This document shows positions 7,090 through 17,146 of a stretch of 50,337 nucleotides of DNA, in pieces. The stretch comes from Bacteroidales bacterium (lineage in GTDB: Bacteria; Bacteroidota; Bacteroidia; Bacteroidales; Bacteroidaceae): the NCBI GenBank assembly GCA_030523705.1, contig JAUNHZ010000002.1:1-50337 (forward strand). Reading direction: 5' to 3'. The notes beneath the pieces are model-generated. The model was not told the origin of the DNA and made no database searches. It saw only the letters and a program-made list of their open reading frames with translations. The translations under genes were made by a program, and so were the position numbers. The stretch's first letter is position 1, and each line of letters begins with the position of its first letter.

Positions 7090-8982
7090 ATGCATAGATT
7101 ACTTGTCGCACTTTTCCTTTTTGTTGTAGGTTTGCAATGGTCTTATTGCGAGCCTGCCGACAGTATCTCTATGCAGAAAGAAATTCTCTATATTACCTCC
7201 TATAATGTAGACCATAGATATTCCACCAGCTTCATTGAGGATATGATGGAGGAATACCGAAACCTGGGTGGCAAATTCAAGGTGTCTATCGAGGCCTTGA
7301 ACTGCAGCTCGTACGAGAGCCATAGCCAGTGGGTGGGAACCATGCAGCAAATCATAGAAAACCATCCGCACGCGGATCTTGTGGTGCTGTACGGCCTGGA
7401 AGCCTGGGGCTGCTTTTTTGCCCTTCCTGATCCAAGATATCGGGAGATTCCACTCATCTGTGTGGCATCGGCACGCTATGCTGGCATGCAGACCCAACGC
7501 AAGCGAGAGGTGGTGGATTTCCTGGAATTACAGAAATCCTTTAACGTGAAGGGCTTCTATTATTATGATTATGACATAGCTAAGGATATGGACTTCCTGG
7601 CCAAGTTCTTCCCAGAAGTGGAAAAGTTGGCTATCATTTCTGATAACTCTTATGCCGGACTCTCTACCCGTAATGTGCTGACCAGATACCTGGAGGATTT
7701 TCACCCTCAGCTGGCTGTTACTTATATTGATGGTATGGACCTGGATATGGAAGAGGCTAGTGCGGCAGTGGAGAAACTGGACAATAAGACAGCCATCTTC
7801 TTCTGTGTCTGGAAATTTGACAAGACCGGTAGCGTAAAGACGGAATATGACCATCGCATCTTCCACCTGCAGACCGATGAAAAGGAAATCCCTGTCATCA
7901 GCCTTACTGGCTCTGGATTTGGCTCCTGGGCCATAGGTGGCTGCCATCCTTCCTATTCCTGGGACGACGGTCGTGTGAAGCCTTCGGAGATAGCCTATCG
8001 ATTCCTGGATCAGCAGGAGGATGTGGAACCTTATTTCTTTAAGGTGCCTAATCACTTGCGCATGGATAAGAATGTGCTGGACCGCTTCAAGATTTCCCGT
8101 TCAGACTTGCCAAAAGAGACATTTATCATCAATGATGACAGCCTGACGTTTGTACAGGTTTGGGACGATTACAAATGGACCATTGTGGTCTCTGTCCTGG
8201 CCTTTATCCTGCTGGTCATCAGCTTGGCCGTCAGTATTACGTATGCCATTCACCTGAAGAGGGTACGCGCCTCTTATCTGGATGCAAAGGTTCGTGCCGA
8301 ACATGCCGACCGTATGAAAGGTACTTTCATTCAGAATATCTCCCATGAAATCCGAACCCCGCTGAACGCCATTCAAGGCTTCAGTCAGCTGGTGCTGGAC
8401 GATGACATGGACCTGGACAGAAAGACGAAGCAGGCCATGTTCACTGAGATAGAACGAAGCGTGAAAGTGGTGACCGACCAGATAGACGAGATTCTGCAGC
8501 TGTCCTCCATAGAGGGACATCCTACTCCCGGAAAACCCGAAGAGGTGAGTATGACCGAGGTGCTGGATATAGCCATGGTTACAGCCCGCACCTATATTCC
8601 ACCTACCGTAAAGGTGAATATCAAGCTGGTAGAGGATATGGTAGTACATACCGTAAAGTCCGATGTGGTGACCATTCTGGCTCATCTGCTGAGTAATGCC
8701 GGCAAGTTCACCAAGAAAGGTGAAATCCTGGTGCAGGTTTTCCAAGACCTGGATCACCGAAGACTGACCGTAAGCGTGACCGATGATGGACCTGGTATCC
8801 CAGTGAACGAGTCTGAACGCATTTTCGACAGCTTCTATAAGCTGGATTCTTTTGTCCCTGGCACTGGTCTGGGACTTACCATCTCCCGCATGCTTGCCCG
8901 CAGATTGGGAGGTAACCTCTATCTGGATATAGCCTACCTGAGAGGAGCCCGTTTTGTGCTCACTCTTCCTCTGACCGAGTAA
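7090..8982 (+). CDS. Sensor histidine kinase with a large extracytoplasmic domain between two TM segments
   Basis: The ORF is open from 6991, but the Met at 7090 (MHRLLVALFLFVVGLQW) looks like the signal anchor. The second TM is WTIVVSVLAFILLVISLAVSITYAI. H box NISHEIRTPLNAIQGFSQL, N box LLSNAGKFT, G1 DDGPGI and G2 GTGLGLTIS are present. There is no receiver domain. Confidence 0.85.
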   Translation: MHRLLVALFLFVVGLQWSYCEPADSISMQKEILYITSYNVDHRYSTSFIEDMMEEYRNLGGKFKVSIEALNCSSYESHSQWVGTMQQIIENHPHADLVVLYGLEAWGCFFALPDPRYREIPLICVASARYAGMQTQRKREVVDFLELQKSFNVKGFYYYDYDIAKDMDFLAKFFPEVEKLAIISDNSYAGLSTRNVLTRYLEDFHPQLAVTYIDGMDLDMEEASAAVEKLDNKTAIFFCVWKFDKTGSVKTEYDHRIFHLQTDEKEIPVISLTGSGFGSWAIGGCHPSYSWDDGRVKPSEIAYRFLDQQEDVEPYFFKVPNHLRMDKNVLDRFKISRSDLPKETFIINDDSLTFVQVWDDYKWTIVVSVLAFILLVISLAVSITYAIHLKRVRASYLDAKVRAEHADRMKGTFIQNISHEIRTPLNAIQGFSQLVLDDDMDLDRKTKQAMFTEIERSVKVVTDQIDEILQLSSIEGHPTPGKPEEVSMTEVLDIAMVTARTYIPPTVKVNIKLVEDMVVHTVKSDVVTILAHLLSNAGKFTKKGEILVQVFQDLDHRRLTVSVTDDGPGIPVNESERIFDSFYKLDSFVPGTGLGLTISRMLARRLGGNLYLDIAYLRGARFVLTLPLTE

Positions 8983-9029
8983 TTATAGCTTTTTAACAAA
9001 ATATCACGTTACTTGTAAATGATTTTCGC

Positions 9030-9037
9030 TATATTTG
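9030..9037 (+). promoter_or_regulatory. -7 box TATATTTG (rfbAB)
   Basis: TATATTTGCAAG lies 38 nt upstream of the ATG at 9075. Confidence 0.5.
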
Positions 9038-9074
9038 CAAGTTACTATAAATACGTAAAAAACAAAAATCAGAT

Positions 9075-9977
9075 ATGAAAGGAATTGTTCTTGCCGGTGG
9101 TAGCGGCACACGCCTCTATCCTATAACGAAAGGTATCAGCAAGCAGCTCATGCCGATTTACGACAAACCGATGATCTATTATCCTATCAGCGTGCTGATG
9201 CTGGCTGGTATAAGGGAGATCTTGATTATCTCTACACCTTTCGACCAGCCTGGTTTCAAGCGCCTTCTGGGTGATGGCTCTGACTATGGCGTGCATTTTG
9301 AGTATGCAGAACAACCTTCACCCGATGGTTTGGCACAGGCCTTTACCATTGGTGCAGATTTTATAGGCGATGATGCCGCTTGTCTGGTGCTGGGAGACAA
9401 TATCTTCCAGGGAAATGGATTCAGCAAGATGCTTCGTGAAGCGGTCCGTACTGCCGAGGAGGAGCAGAAGGCTACAGTCTTTGGCTACTGGGTGAACGAC
9501 CCTGAGCGCTATGGTGTGGCTGAATTCGACAAGGAGGGAAACTGCCTGAGCATTGAGGAGAAACCTGCTGAACCTAAGAGTAATTATGCGGTTGTGGGCT
9601 TGTACTTCTATCCAAATAAGGTGGTGGATGTGGCTAAGAACATCAAGCCATCGGCTCGTGGGGAGTATGAGATTACCACTGTGAACCAGCAGTTCCTGCA
9701 TGATGGCGAGCTCAAGGTGCAGACCTTGGGCCGTGGCTTTGCTTGGCTGGATACTGGTACACATGATTCTCTCTCCGAGGCTTCTACATATATAGAGGTG
9801 CTGGAGAAGCGACAGGGCCTGAAAGTGGCTTGTCTGGAGGGCATTGCCTATCGCAAGGGCTGGATTACCGAGGAGCGCATGCGTGAGTTGGCTAAGCCTA
9901 TGCTGAAGAACCAGTATGGACAGTACCTGCTGAAAGTGATAGATGAAGTTAAACGTTTTGGACCTGGATTGGAATGA
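9075..9977 (+). CDS. rfbA: Glucose-1-phosphate thymidylyltransferase
   Basis: [53 protein letters not shown] is the canonical RmlA N-terminus. Confidence 0.96.
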   Translation: MKGIVLAGGSGTRLYPITKGISKQLMPIYDKPMIYYPISVLMLAGIREILIISTPFDQPGFKRLLGDGSDYGVHFEYAEQPSPDGLAQAFTIGADFIGDDAACLVLGDNIFQGNGFSKMLREAVRTAEEEQKATVFGYWVNDPERYGVAEFDKEGNCLSIEEKPAEPKSNYAVVGLYFYPNKVVDVAKNIKPSARGEYEITTVNQQFLHDGELKVQTLGRGFAWLDTGTHDSLSEASTYIEVLEKRQGLKVACLEGIAYRKGWITEERMRELAKPMLKNQYGQYLLKVIDEVKRFGPGLE

Positions 9978-11107
9978 AGAATATCGTAATTACCGGTGGA
10001 GCCGGTTTTATTGGAAGCCATGTGGTACGTTTGTTTGTGAACAAGTACCCTGAATATAATATCATTAACCTGGATAAGCTGACTTATGCGGGCAACCTGG
10101 CGAACCTGAAGGATGTGGAGGATAAGCCTAACTACAAGTTCGTGAAGATGGATATCTGTGATTTTGATGCGTTCTACCAGCTCATGCAGGACGAGCAGAT
10201 TGATGGTATCATTCACCTGGCTGCAGAGTCTCATGTGGACCGCTCTATCAAGGACCCATTTACTTTTGCAAGAACTAATGTGATGGGTACGCTGAGCCTG
10301 CTGCAGGCTGCCAAGCTGTACTGGGAGAGCCTGCCAGAGAAGTATGAGGGCAAGCGTTTCTACCACATCTCTACCGATGAGGTGTATGGTGCGCTGGAGA
10401 TGACGCACCCAGAGGGTATTGAGCCTCCTTTCACTACTACGGCTTCTTCTAGTGAGCATCATTTGGCTTATGGTGAGGATTTCTTCTATGAGACCACCAA
10501 GTATAACCCTCATTCTCCATATTCAGCTTCTAAGGCTAGTTCTGATCATTTTGTGAGAGCGTATCATGATACGTATGGCATGCCAACGATTGTGACCAAC
10601 TGCTCTAACAACTATGGTCCTTATCAGTTCCCTGAGAAGTTGATTCCGCTGTTTATCAACAATATCCGTCATCGTAAGCCATTGCCAGTCTATGGCAAGG
10701 GTGAGAATGTACGCGACTGGCTGTATGTGGTGGATCATGCGCGTGCCATTGATGTGATTTTCCACAATGGTAAGGTGGCTGAGACCTATAACATTGGTGG
10801 TTTCAACGAGTGGAAGAACATTGATATCATCAAGACGGTTATTGCTACTGTGGACCGCCTGCTGGGCCGTCCTGAGGGTGCAGACTTAGACTTGATTACC
10901 TATGTGACCGACCGTCTGGGTCATGATGCACGCTATGCCATTGATTCTACCAAACTCCAGAAGGAGTTAGGCTGGGAGCCAAGCTTGCAATTTGAGGAAG
11001 GTATAGAGAAGACCGTGAAGTGGTACCTGGAGAACGAAGCCTGGATGGATAACATTACCAGTGGCGAGTACGAGAAGTACTACGAGGACATGTACAAGAA
11101 TAGATAA
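9974..11107 (+). CDS. rfbB: dTDP-glucose 4,6-dehydratase
   Basis: [13 protein letters not shown] Rossmann motif, [15 protein letters not shown] catalytic YxxxK, and an ATGA overlap with the rfbA stop at 9974-9977. Confidence 0.96.
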   Translation: MKNIVITGGAGFIGSHVVRLFVNKYPEYNIINLDKLTYAGNLANLKDVEDKPNYKFVKMDICDFDAFYQLMQDEQIDGIIHLAAESHVDRSIKDPFTFARTNVMGTLSLLQAAKLYWESLPEKYEGKRFYHISTDEVYGALEMTHPEGIEPPFTTTASSSEHHLAYGEDFFYETTKYNPHSPYSASKASSDHFVRAYHDTYGMPTIVTNCSNNYGPYQFPEKLIPLFINNIRHRKPLPVYGKGENVRDWLYVVDHARAIDVIFHNGKVAETYNIGGFNEWKNIDIIKTVIATVDRLLGRPEGADLDLITYVTDRLGHDARYAIDSTKLQKELGWEPSLQFEEGIEKTVKWYLENEAWMDNITSGEYEKYYEDMYKNR

Positions 11108-11132
11108 TTCTTTTTTTAATGCTATAAAAAAT

Positions 11133-11160
11133 AAAAGGTGGGCCTTTCGGCTCACCTTTT
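11133..11160. terminator. Bidirectional intrinsic terminator between convergent rfbB and carB
   Basis: AAAAGGTGGGCC-TTTC-GGCTCACCTTTT forms a 12-bp stem with one G:U pair. It is flanked by A-runs on the left and T-runs on the right, so it presents a U-tract on both strands. Confidence 0.75.
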
Positions 11161-11181
11161 ATTATATGTGGGGGAAACGAA

Positions 11182-14100
11182 TTATTCGTAGTCCTGCCAG
11201 CTCTTGATCTGGATGTCATTCTGCTCCATAGCGCAGAATGCCTCAATGAATGCAGATGCCAGACGAGCGTTTGTAATCAATGGAATGTTATGGTCGATAG
11301 CACCACGACGAATCTTATAACCATTGGTCAACTCACGCTTAGAGTGGTTCTTAGGAATGTTTACGATCAGGTCGAACTTGTGATCTGAAATCATTTCCAT
11401 TACGTTAGGGATATCCTTGTTGTCCTCATCAGGCCATCCTACAGCTGTAGCCTTTACATTGTTGTCGTTCAAGAACTTAGCAGTACCCTCGCTAGCACAG
11501 ATGGTATAACCGTTCTTTACCAGAGCAGCTGCAGCATCGAGCAGAGAAGCCTTCTCCTTCGTACCACCGCTTGACAGCATGATAGCCTTCTCCTTAGATG
11601 GGAGCTTGTAGCCAGTAGCAATCATAGAGTTCAGCAATGCCTCCTCGAAGGTGTCGCCCATGCAACCTACCTCACCGGTAGAGCTCATGTCTACACCCAG
11701 GACAGGGTCTGCATTCTGCAGACGAGCAAATGAGAACTGAGATGCCTTAACACCCATACGGTCGATATCGAAGGCAGACTTATCTGGCTTTTGGTATGGA
11801 GCGTCGAGCATGATCTTAGTTGCAGTCTCAATCAAGTTGCGCTTCAGAACTTTAGAAACGAATGGGAATGAACGAGAAGCACGCAAGTTACACTCGATAA
11901 CCTTGATGTCACTACCCTTAGCCAAGTACTGGATGTTGAATGGACCAGAGATGTTCAGCTCCTTAGCTATAGCGCGAGAAATCTTCTTGATCTGACGAGC
12001 CTGAGCGAAAGTAATCTGCTGTGCTGGGAAGGTCATGGTAGCATCACCAGAGTGAACACCAGCGAACTCCACGTGCTCAGAGATTCCGTACTCAACAACC
12101 TCACCATTCTGAGCTACACCATCGAACTCAATTTCGTTGGTCTCAGTCATGAACTGAGAGATAACTACTGGATATTCCTTAGAAACCTCAGAAGCAGCAG
12201 CCAGGAAGCGAGTCAGTTCATCATCATCGTAGCATACGTTCATGGCAGCACCGGAAAGTACGTAAGAAGGACGAACCAATACAGGATAGCCTACCTCATC
12301 GATGAACTTCTTTACGTCGTCCATAGAGGTCAATGCACTCCACTTTGGCTGGTCGATGCCCAGCTGGTCAAGCATAGCAGAGAACTTACCACGGTTCTCG
12401 GCACGGTCTATAGAGATAGGAGAGGTACCCAAGATAGGCACACTCTGACGGTACAGCTTCATAGCCAGGTTGTTAGGAATCTGACCACCTACAGAAACGA
12501 TAACGCCACGAGGTGACTCCAGGTCGATTACGTCAAGTACACGCTCGAATGAAAGCTCATCGAAGTACAGACGGTCGCACATATCATAGTCGGTAGATAC
12601 AGTCTCTGGGTTATAGTTGATCATGATAGACTTGTAACCCAGTTTGCGAGCTGTATTTACGGCATTTACAGAACACCAGTCGAACTCTACTGAAGAACCG
12701 ATGCGGTAAGCACCAGAACCCAATACGATAACAGACTTCTCATTCTTGTAGAAGTTGATATCATGATCCTCTACAGCATAAGTCATGTACAGGTAGTTGG
12801 TCAGCTCAGGATGCTCGCTAGCCACGGTAGGGATACGCTTAACTGCTGGCAGGATGCCCAGTTTCTTACGGTAAGCACGAACCTGCAGGTTCTCCTTCTC
12901 CATGTTACCAGCTGCTGGCTTCAGGACGAAACGTGCAATCTGGAAGTCAGAGAAACCAAGAATCTTAGCCTCACGCAATACCTCGGCAGGAATCTCCTCC
13001 AGGCTGTTGAATGCCATGAGCTTGTGCTTCCAGTCTACGATATTCTTCATGCGCTCAATGAACCAAGGGTCAATCTTGGTAAGCTCCTCGATGCGCTCAA
13101 TGGTATAACCCTCTTCCAAAGCCTGAGCGATAGCGAAGATACGCAGGTCGGTTGGGTTAGCCAGTTCCTCATCCAGGTTCTCGAACTTGGTGTGGTCATT
13201 GCCTACGAAACCGTGCATACCCTGGCCAATCATACGCAGACCCTTCTGCAACATCTCCTCGAAAGAGCGGCCGATAGACATGATTTCACCTACAGACTTC
13301 ATGCTTGAACCCAGCTTGTGGCTTACACCTACGAACTTGGTCAAGTCCCAACGAGGAATCTTACAGATCATGTAGTCCAGAGAAGGAGCAACATATGCGG
13401 AATTGGTAGTACCCATCTCACCAATCTGGTCGAGGGTATAACCCAATGCAATCTTAGCAGCAACGAATGCCAATGGATAACCAGTAGCCTTAGATGCCAA
13501 TGCAGAAGAACGAGACAGACGAGCGTTGATCTCAATGATTCGATAGTCGTTAGTCTCCGCATTGAATGCGAACTGGATGTTGCACTCACCCACGATGTTC
13601 AGGTGACGCACGCACTTGATGGTGATATCCTGCAGCATCTTCACCTGCTCATCGGTCAGAGAGCAAGTAGGAGCTACAACGATAGACTCACCGGTATGGA
13701 TACCCAGTGGGTCGAAGTTCTCCATGGAAGCCACGGTAAAGCAATGGTCGTTAGCATCACGGATACACTCGAACTCAATTTCCTTCCAACCCTTCAGAGA
13801 CTCCTCTACAAGTACCTGTGGAGCGAAAGTGAATGCAGATTCTGCAATCTCAACGAATTTCTCTTCGGTAGGGCAGACACCAGAACCCAGACCACCTAAT
13901 GCATAAGCTGAACGGATCATGATAGGATAGCCTATCTTGCGAGCTGCAGCTACTGCATCTTCCATGGTCTCGCAAGCCTGAGATACAGGAACCTTGAGGT
14001 CTACCTTATTTAATTCCTTAACGAAAAGGTCACGGTCTTCGGTGTTCATGATAGCCTCTACAGAGGTACCCAAAACCTGAACGCCATATTCTTTCAGTAC

Positions 14101-14412
14101 ACCATTCTGATAAAGAGCTGTACCTACGTTCAAGCCTGTCTGGCCACCCCAAGCCAACATGATGCCGTCTGGGCGCTCCTTCTTGATGATTTCGGTTACA
14201 AAAAAAGGTGTTACTGGAAGGAAATAAACCTTGTCAGCAATACCTTCACTTGTCTGAATAGTAGCTACATTTGGATTAATGAGGACTGAACGAATACCCT
14301 CTTCGCGTAATGCCTTGAGTGCCTGACTACCAGAATAGTCAAATTCACCAGCTTGTCCGATTTTAAGTGCTCCTGAACCCAGCACTAGGACCTTCTTTAA
14401 GTTTGTCTTCAT
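11182..14412 (-). CDS. carB: Carbamoyl-phosphate synthase large subunit
   Basis: The 1076-aa ORF has duplicated ATP-grasp halves, begins KKVLVLGSGALKIGQAGEFDYSGSQA, and has a C-terminal MGS-like domain. Confidence 0.97.
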   Translation of the reverse strand: MKTNLKKVLVLGSGALKIGQAGEFDYSGSQALKALREEGIRSVLINPNVATIQTSEGIADKVYFLPVTPFFVTEIIKKERPDGIMLAWGGQTGLNVGTALYQNGVLKEYGVQVLGTSVEAIMNTEDRDLFVKELNKVDLKVPVSQACETMEDAVAAARKIGYPIMIRSAYALGGLGSGVCPTEEKFVEIAESAFTFAPQVLVEESLKGWKEIEFECIRDANDHCFTVASMENFDPLGIHTGESIVVAPTCSLTDEQVKMLQDITIKCVRHLNIVGECNIQFAFNAETNDYRIIEINARLSRSSALASKATGYPLAFVAAKIALGYTLDQIGEMGTTNSAYVAPSLDYMICKIPRWDLTKFVGVSHKLGSSMKSVGEIMSIGRSFEEMLQKGLRMIGQGMHGFVGNDHTKFENLDEELANPTDLRIFAIAQALEEGYTIERIEELTKIDPWFIERMKNIVDWKHKLMAFNSLEEIPAEVLREAKILGFSDFQIARFVLKPAAGNMEKENLQVRAYRKKLGILPAVKRIPTVASEHPELTNYLYMTYAVEDHDINFYKNEKSVIVLGSGAYRIGSSVEFDWCSVNAVNTARKLGYKSIMINYNPETVSTDYDMCDRLYFDELSFERVLDVIDLESPRGVIVSVGGQIPNNLAMKLYRQSVPILGTSPISIDRAENRGKFSAMLDQLGIDQPKWSALTSMDDVKKFIDEVGYPVLVRPSYVLSGAAMNVCYDDDELTRFLAAASEVSKEYPVVISQFMTETNEIEFDGVAQNGEVVEYGISEHVEFAGVHSGDATMTFPAQQITFAQARQIKKISRAIAKELNISGPFNIQYLAKGSDIKVIECNLRASRSFPFVSKVLKRNLIETATKIMLDAPYQKPDKSAFDIDRMGVKASQFSFARLQNADPVLGVDMSSTGEVGCMGDTFEEALLNSMIATGYKLPSKEKAIMLSSGGTKEKASLLDAAAALVKNGYTICASEGTAKFLNDNNVKATAVGWPDEDNKDIPNVMEMISDHKFDLIVNIPKNHSKRELTNGYKIRRGAIDHNIPLITNARLASAFIEAFCAMEQNDIQIKSWQDYE

Positions 14413-14516
14413 TGATAGATAATTAATAGATTTCTATTTCTTTTGTTCAGACTGCAAAGTTCGGTAATTTTGGTTAGATATACAAGAAAATTGGAAATTT
14501 TTATGCTCAAAAAGAA

Positions 14517-14571
14517 ATCCTTTTATAAGTGATGACAGCAAGTTTTCTTGCAAAAACACTTATAAAAGGAT
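14517..14571 (-). terminator. Long composite hairpin downstream of metY, upstream of carB
   Basis: ATCCTTTTATAAGTG (14517-14531) pairs with CACTTATAAAAGGAT (14557-14571) as a 15-bp perfect stem. The loop holds an inner GCAAG-aaaa-CTTGC hairpin. On the minus strand the structure is followed by TTCTTTTTGAGC. Confidence 0.6.
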
Positions 14572-14596
14572 CCTAATGTATATATAAGGAATATCC

Positions 14597-15874
14597 TTAC
14601 ATTTTATCCATAGCCTGCTGCAAATCGGCAATGATGTCATCTACATTTTCAATACCGATACTCAGGCGTACCAAGTCTGGGGCAACGCCTGCCTCCAAGA
14701 GTTGTTCCTCGGACAACTGGCGGTGGGTGTGGCTAGCTGGATGCAGCACACAGGTTCTGGCATCGGCCACATGGGTCACAATGCTGATAAACTCCAAATT
14801 GTCCATAAAGCGAATAGCATCTTCACGGGTACCTTTCAGACCGAAGGCAATCACACCACAGGTACCTTCTGGCATATATTTCTGTGCCAGTGGGTAGTAC
14901 TTGTTGCTTGGAAGGCCGGCATAGTTTACCCATCCTACCTTCTCATTCTTCTCCAACCATTCTGCCACCTTCTGTGCATTGGCGCAATGCTGGCGCATAC
15001 GCAAAGCCAGGGTTTCCAGACCAAGGTTCAGCAAGAAAGAGTTCTGTGGAGCTGGGATAGAACCCAGGTCGCGCATGAGCTGGCTCACCATCTTGGTGGT
15101 ATAGGCCATCTTGCCAAAAGCCTTGGTATAGGTCAAGCCATGATAGCTTTCGTCAGGAGTAGTCAGGCCAGGGAATTTGTCGGCATATGCCTCCCAATCG
15201 AAGTTACCGCTATCTACTACGGCTCCACCTACTTGAGTGGCATGTCCATCCATATATTTGGTAGTTGAGTGTGTCACGATATCGCATCCCCATTCAAAAG
15301 GACGGCAGTTGATAGGGGTAGCAAATGTGTTATCCACAATCAGAGGCACGCCATGCTTGTGAGCCATCTTGGCAAAGCGCTCAATGTCGAATACATTTCC
15401 ACCTGGGTTAGAGATGGTCTCACCAAAGAAACACTTGGTGTTAGGGCGGAATTCAGCCTCAATCTTCTCGTCGCTCCATTCTGGATCAATATAGGTGCAC
15501 TCAATACCCAGTTTTTTCAAGGTAACGCCAAACAGGTTGTAGGTTCCACCATATATATTATTACTAGTGATGAAATGGTCGCCTGCCTCACAGATGTTGA
15601 ATACGGCATAGAAATTAGCTGCCTGTCCAGAGCTGGTCAGTACACAGCCCACACCACCTTCCAGGGCATTGATCTTCTTGGCTACTGCATCATTGGTAGG
15701 GTTAGCCAAACGGGTGTAGAAATATCCGTTGTCTTTCAAGTCGAACAGACGAGCCATCTGGTCGCTGGTGTCGTACTTGAATGTGGTACTCTGATAGATA
15801 GGGAGCTGCTGAGGCTCACCTTTTGTAGGTTTCCAACCACCATGGATACAGATGGTCTCCAAATTCTTTCTCAT
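14597..15874 (-). CDS. metY: O-acetylhomoserine sulfhydrylase (PLP-dependent Cys/Met metabolism family)
   Basis: The N-terminus reads [10 protein letters not shown]...[10 protein letters not shown]. It also has [18 protein letters not shown] and the PLP-lysine motif [10 protein letters not shown]. Confidence 0.92.
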   Translation of the reverse strand: MRKNLETICIHGGWKPTKGEPQQLPIYQSTTFKYDTSDQMARLFDLKDNGYFYTRLANPTNDAVAKKINALEGGVGCVLTSSGQAANFYAVFNICEAGDHFITSNNIYGGTYNLFGVTLKKLGIECTYIDPEWSDEKIEAEFRPNTKCFFGETISNPGGNVFDIERFAKMAHKHGVPLIVDNTFATPINCRPFEWGCDIVTHSTTKYMDGHATQVGGAVVDSGNFDWEAYADKFPGLTTPDESYHGLTYTKAFGKMAYTTKMVSQLMRDLGSIPAPQNSFLLNLGLETLALRMRQHCANAQKVAEWLEKNEKVGWVNYAGLPSNKYYPLAQKYMPEGTCGVIAFGLKGTREDAIRFMDNLEFISIVTHVADARTCVLHPASHTHRQLSEEQLLEAGVAPDLVRLSIGIENVDDIIADLQQAMDKM

Positions 15875-15906
15875 ATGACTATATGCTAAAAATTAATATT
15901 TCAGGG

Positions 15907-15914
15907 CAAAGATA
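15907..15914 (-). promoter_or_regulatory. Bacteroidetes -7 box TATCTTTG (metY)
   Basis: Plus-strand CAAAGATA, about 33 nt upstream of the metY ATG. It matches the TAnnTTTG consensus. Confidence 0.5.
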
Positions 15915-16041
15915 GTAGTTATTTTTCAAAAAAAATAGTTTGCATCCGTAAAACAGACACAAACTACTTTATAATTAATGATAGCTGAGTGATTAATTTG
16001 TTGCAAAGGTAAGGCATAAATGCCATACGCTGTTATGATTT

Positions 16042-16072
16042 TTTGCTCAATCTTTAGGATTTTTTGAGCAAA
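16042..16072 (-). terminator. Hairpin downstream of the EamA transporter gene
   Basis: TTTGCTCAA-13 nt-TTGAGCAAA, a 9-bp perfect stem starting 19 nt past the stop. There is no clean U-tract on the minus strand, so function is uncertain. Confidence 0.35.
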
Positions 16073-16090
16073 CATCCTGAAATGGTCGTT

Positions 16091-17026
16091 TTAAATGAAG
16101 AAAAGTGACACACCCACCACACTGATGACTGCACCAATGATTTCCCGGATGGTAATTTTCTGGTGGAAAATCAGGTACGATGGCAACAGAATGAATATAG
16201 GGGTAAGTGACATGAGGGTCTGGGCAATTCCAGCCTGGGTGTACAAGACTGCCATGAGCGAGAAGGATACACCTACGAATGGACCAGCAATGGTTGCCAT
16301 AACAGCATTGCTCGCACCGATTTTATCTTGGGTAAAGCGCTTGAGTGTACCAACCTTCTTCTGAATGATCAAGAGGAGGGTAAAACCTACAGCACCCGTT
16401 ACCGCACGCATCAGGGTAGAGGCAAAAGGCAGGAAGGCAGAGAAACTCTCCATGGCCTCGGCAGGTACCAACTGCTCATAGTGTGTCATACCCACTTTGC
16501 TGAGCACCAAGCCTACACCTTGTCCGGTACCTGCACCAATTCCCAGCAAGATACCCTTGAAAGGAATATTCAGGGAAAGCTTGTTGTCGTCACCATCCTT
16601 GCTCAGAATAGAAAGACCAATACCGAAACAGGTTACCAACATACCTAAGATAGCCTTCATGGTCAGTGTCTCACCCAGGAAAGTCCAAGCGGTGATAGCC
16701 GAAGCAATAGGAGCCAGGGTCATGAACAACTGGCCGAAGCGCGCTCCCATCACGATGTAAGAGTTGAACAGACACCAGTCGCCAAACAAGTAGCCTACAA
16801 ATCCAGAAAGCGAGAGCCAGAACCAAGTCTCACGGTCGGCATATAGTGGAAGTGGAGAGCCTGTGGCAATCCAAAGCGTCAAGCCTAAAAAACAGAGTGA
16901 CAGGGCCATACGGATAACATTCAACTGTAGTGAGCCCAAACGTTTGCTTGCTATCTCTGCACAAAGAGCTGTAATGGTCCATGAAACAGCTACTCCTAAC
17001 GAAATGATTTCACCAATGTACATCAT
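16091..17026 (-). CDS. DMT/EamA-family transporter (10 TM)
   Basis: The 311-aa ORF is hydrophobic throughout and has the two-fold EamA repeat layout. Confidence 0.85.
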   Translation of the reverse strand: MMYIGEIISLGVAVSWTITALCAEIASKRLGSLQLNVIRMALSLCFLGLTLWIATGSPLPLYADRETWFWLSLSGFVGYLFGDWCLFNSYIVMGARFGQLFMTLAPIASAITAWTFLGETLTMKAILGMLVTCFGIGLSILSKDGDDNKLSLNIPFKGILLGIGAGTGQGVGLVLSKVGMTHYEQLVPAEAMESFSAFLPFASTLMRAVTGAVGFTLLLIIQKKVGTLKRFTQDKIGASNAVMATIAGPFVGVSFSLMAVLYTQAGIAQTLMSLTPIFILLPSYLIFHQKITIREIIGAVISVVGVSLFFI

Positions 17027-17049
17027 GCTTGTGTCAATTTTTCGGGGTG

Positions 17050-17057
17050 CAAAGGTA
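17050..17057 (-). promoter_or_regulatory. -7 box TACCTTTG (EamA transporter)
   Basis: Plus-strand CAAAGGTA, 24 nt upstream of the start at 17026. Confidence 0.5.
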
Positions 17058-17099
17058 CTCTTTTTTTTGAAAAAAGGATAGGATTAACCATAATTTTCT

Positions 17100-17107
17100 T
17101 ATTTTTG
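17100..17107 (+). promoter_or_regulatory. -7 box TATTTTTG (aldose epimerase gene)
   Basis: TATTTTTGCA lies 40 nt upstream of the ATG at 17147. It is divergent from the EamA promoter. Confidence 0.5.
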
Positions 17108-17146
17108 CAACTTTAATAGAATTATGTCAATAAAACCAGCAAAGAT

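Noticed and set aside
11182-14412. carB without an adjacent carA
   Set aside because: It is notable, but the small subunit can be encoded elsewhere, and a single window cannot settle this.
15875-16090. Possible SAM riboswitch or leader upstream of metY in the 216-nt intergenic region
   Set aside because: The best -7 box (15907-15914) leaves only a ~25-nt leader. I could not fold a four-way SAM-I-like junction from the sequence. A second box (TACCTTTG, 16004-16011) might give a longer leader, but no conserved riboswitch core motifs were seen.
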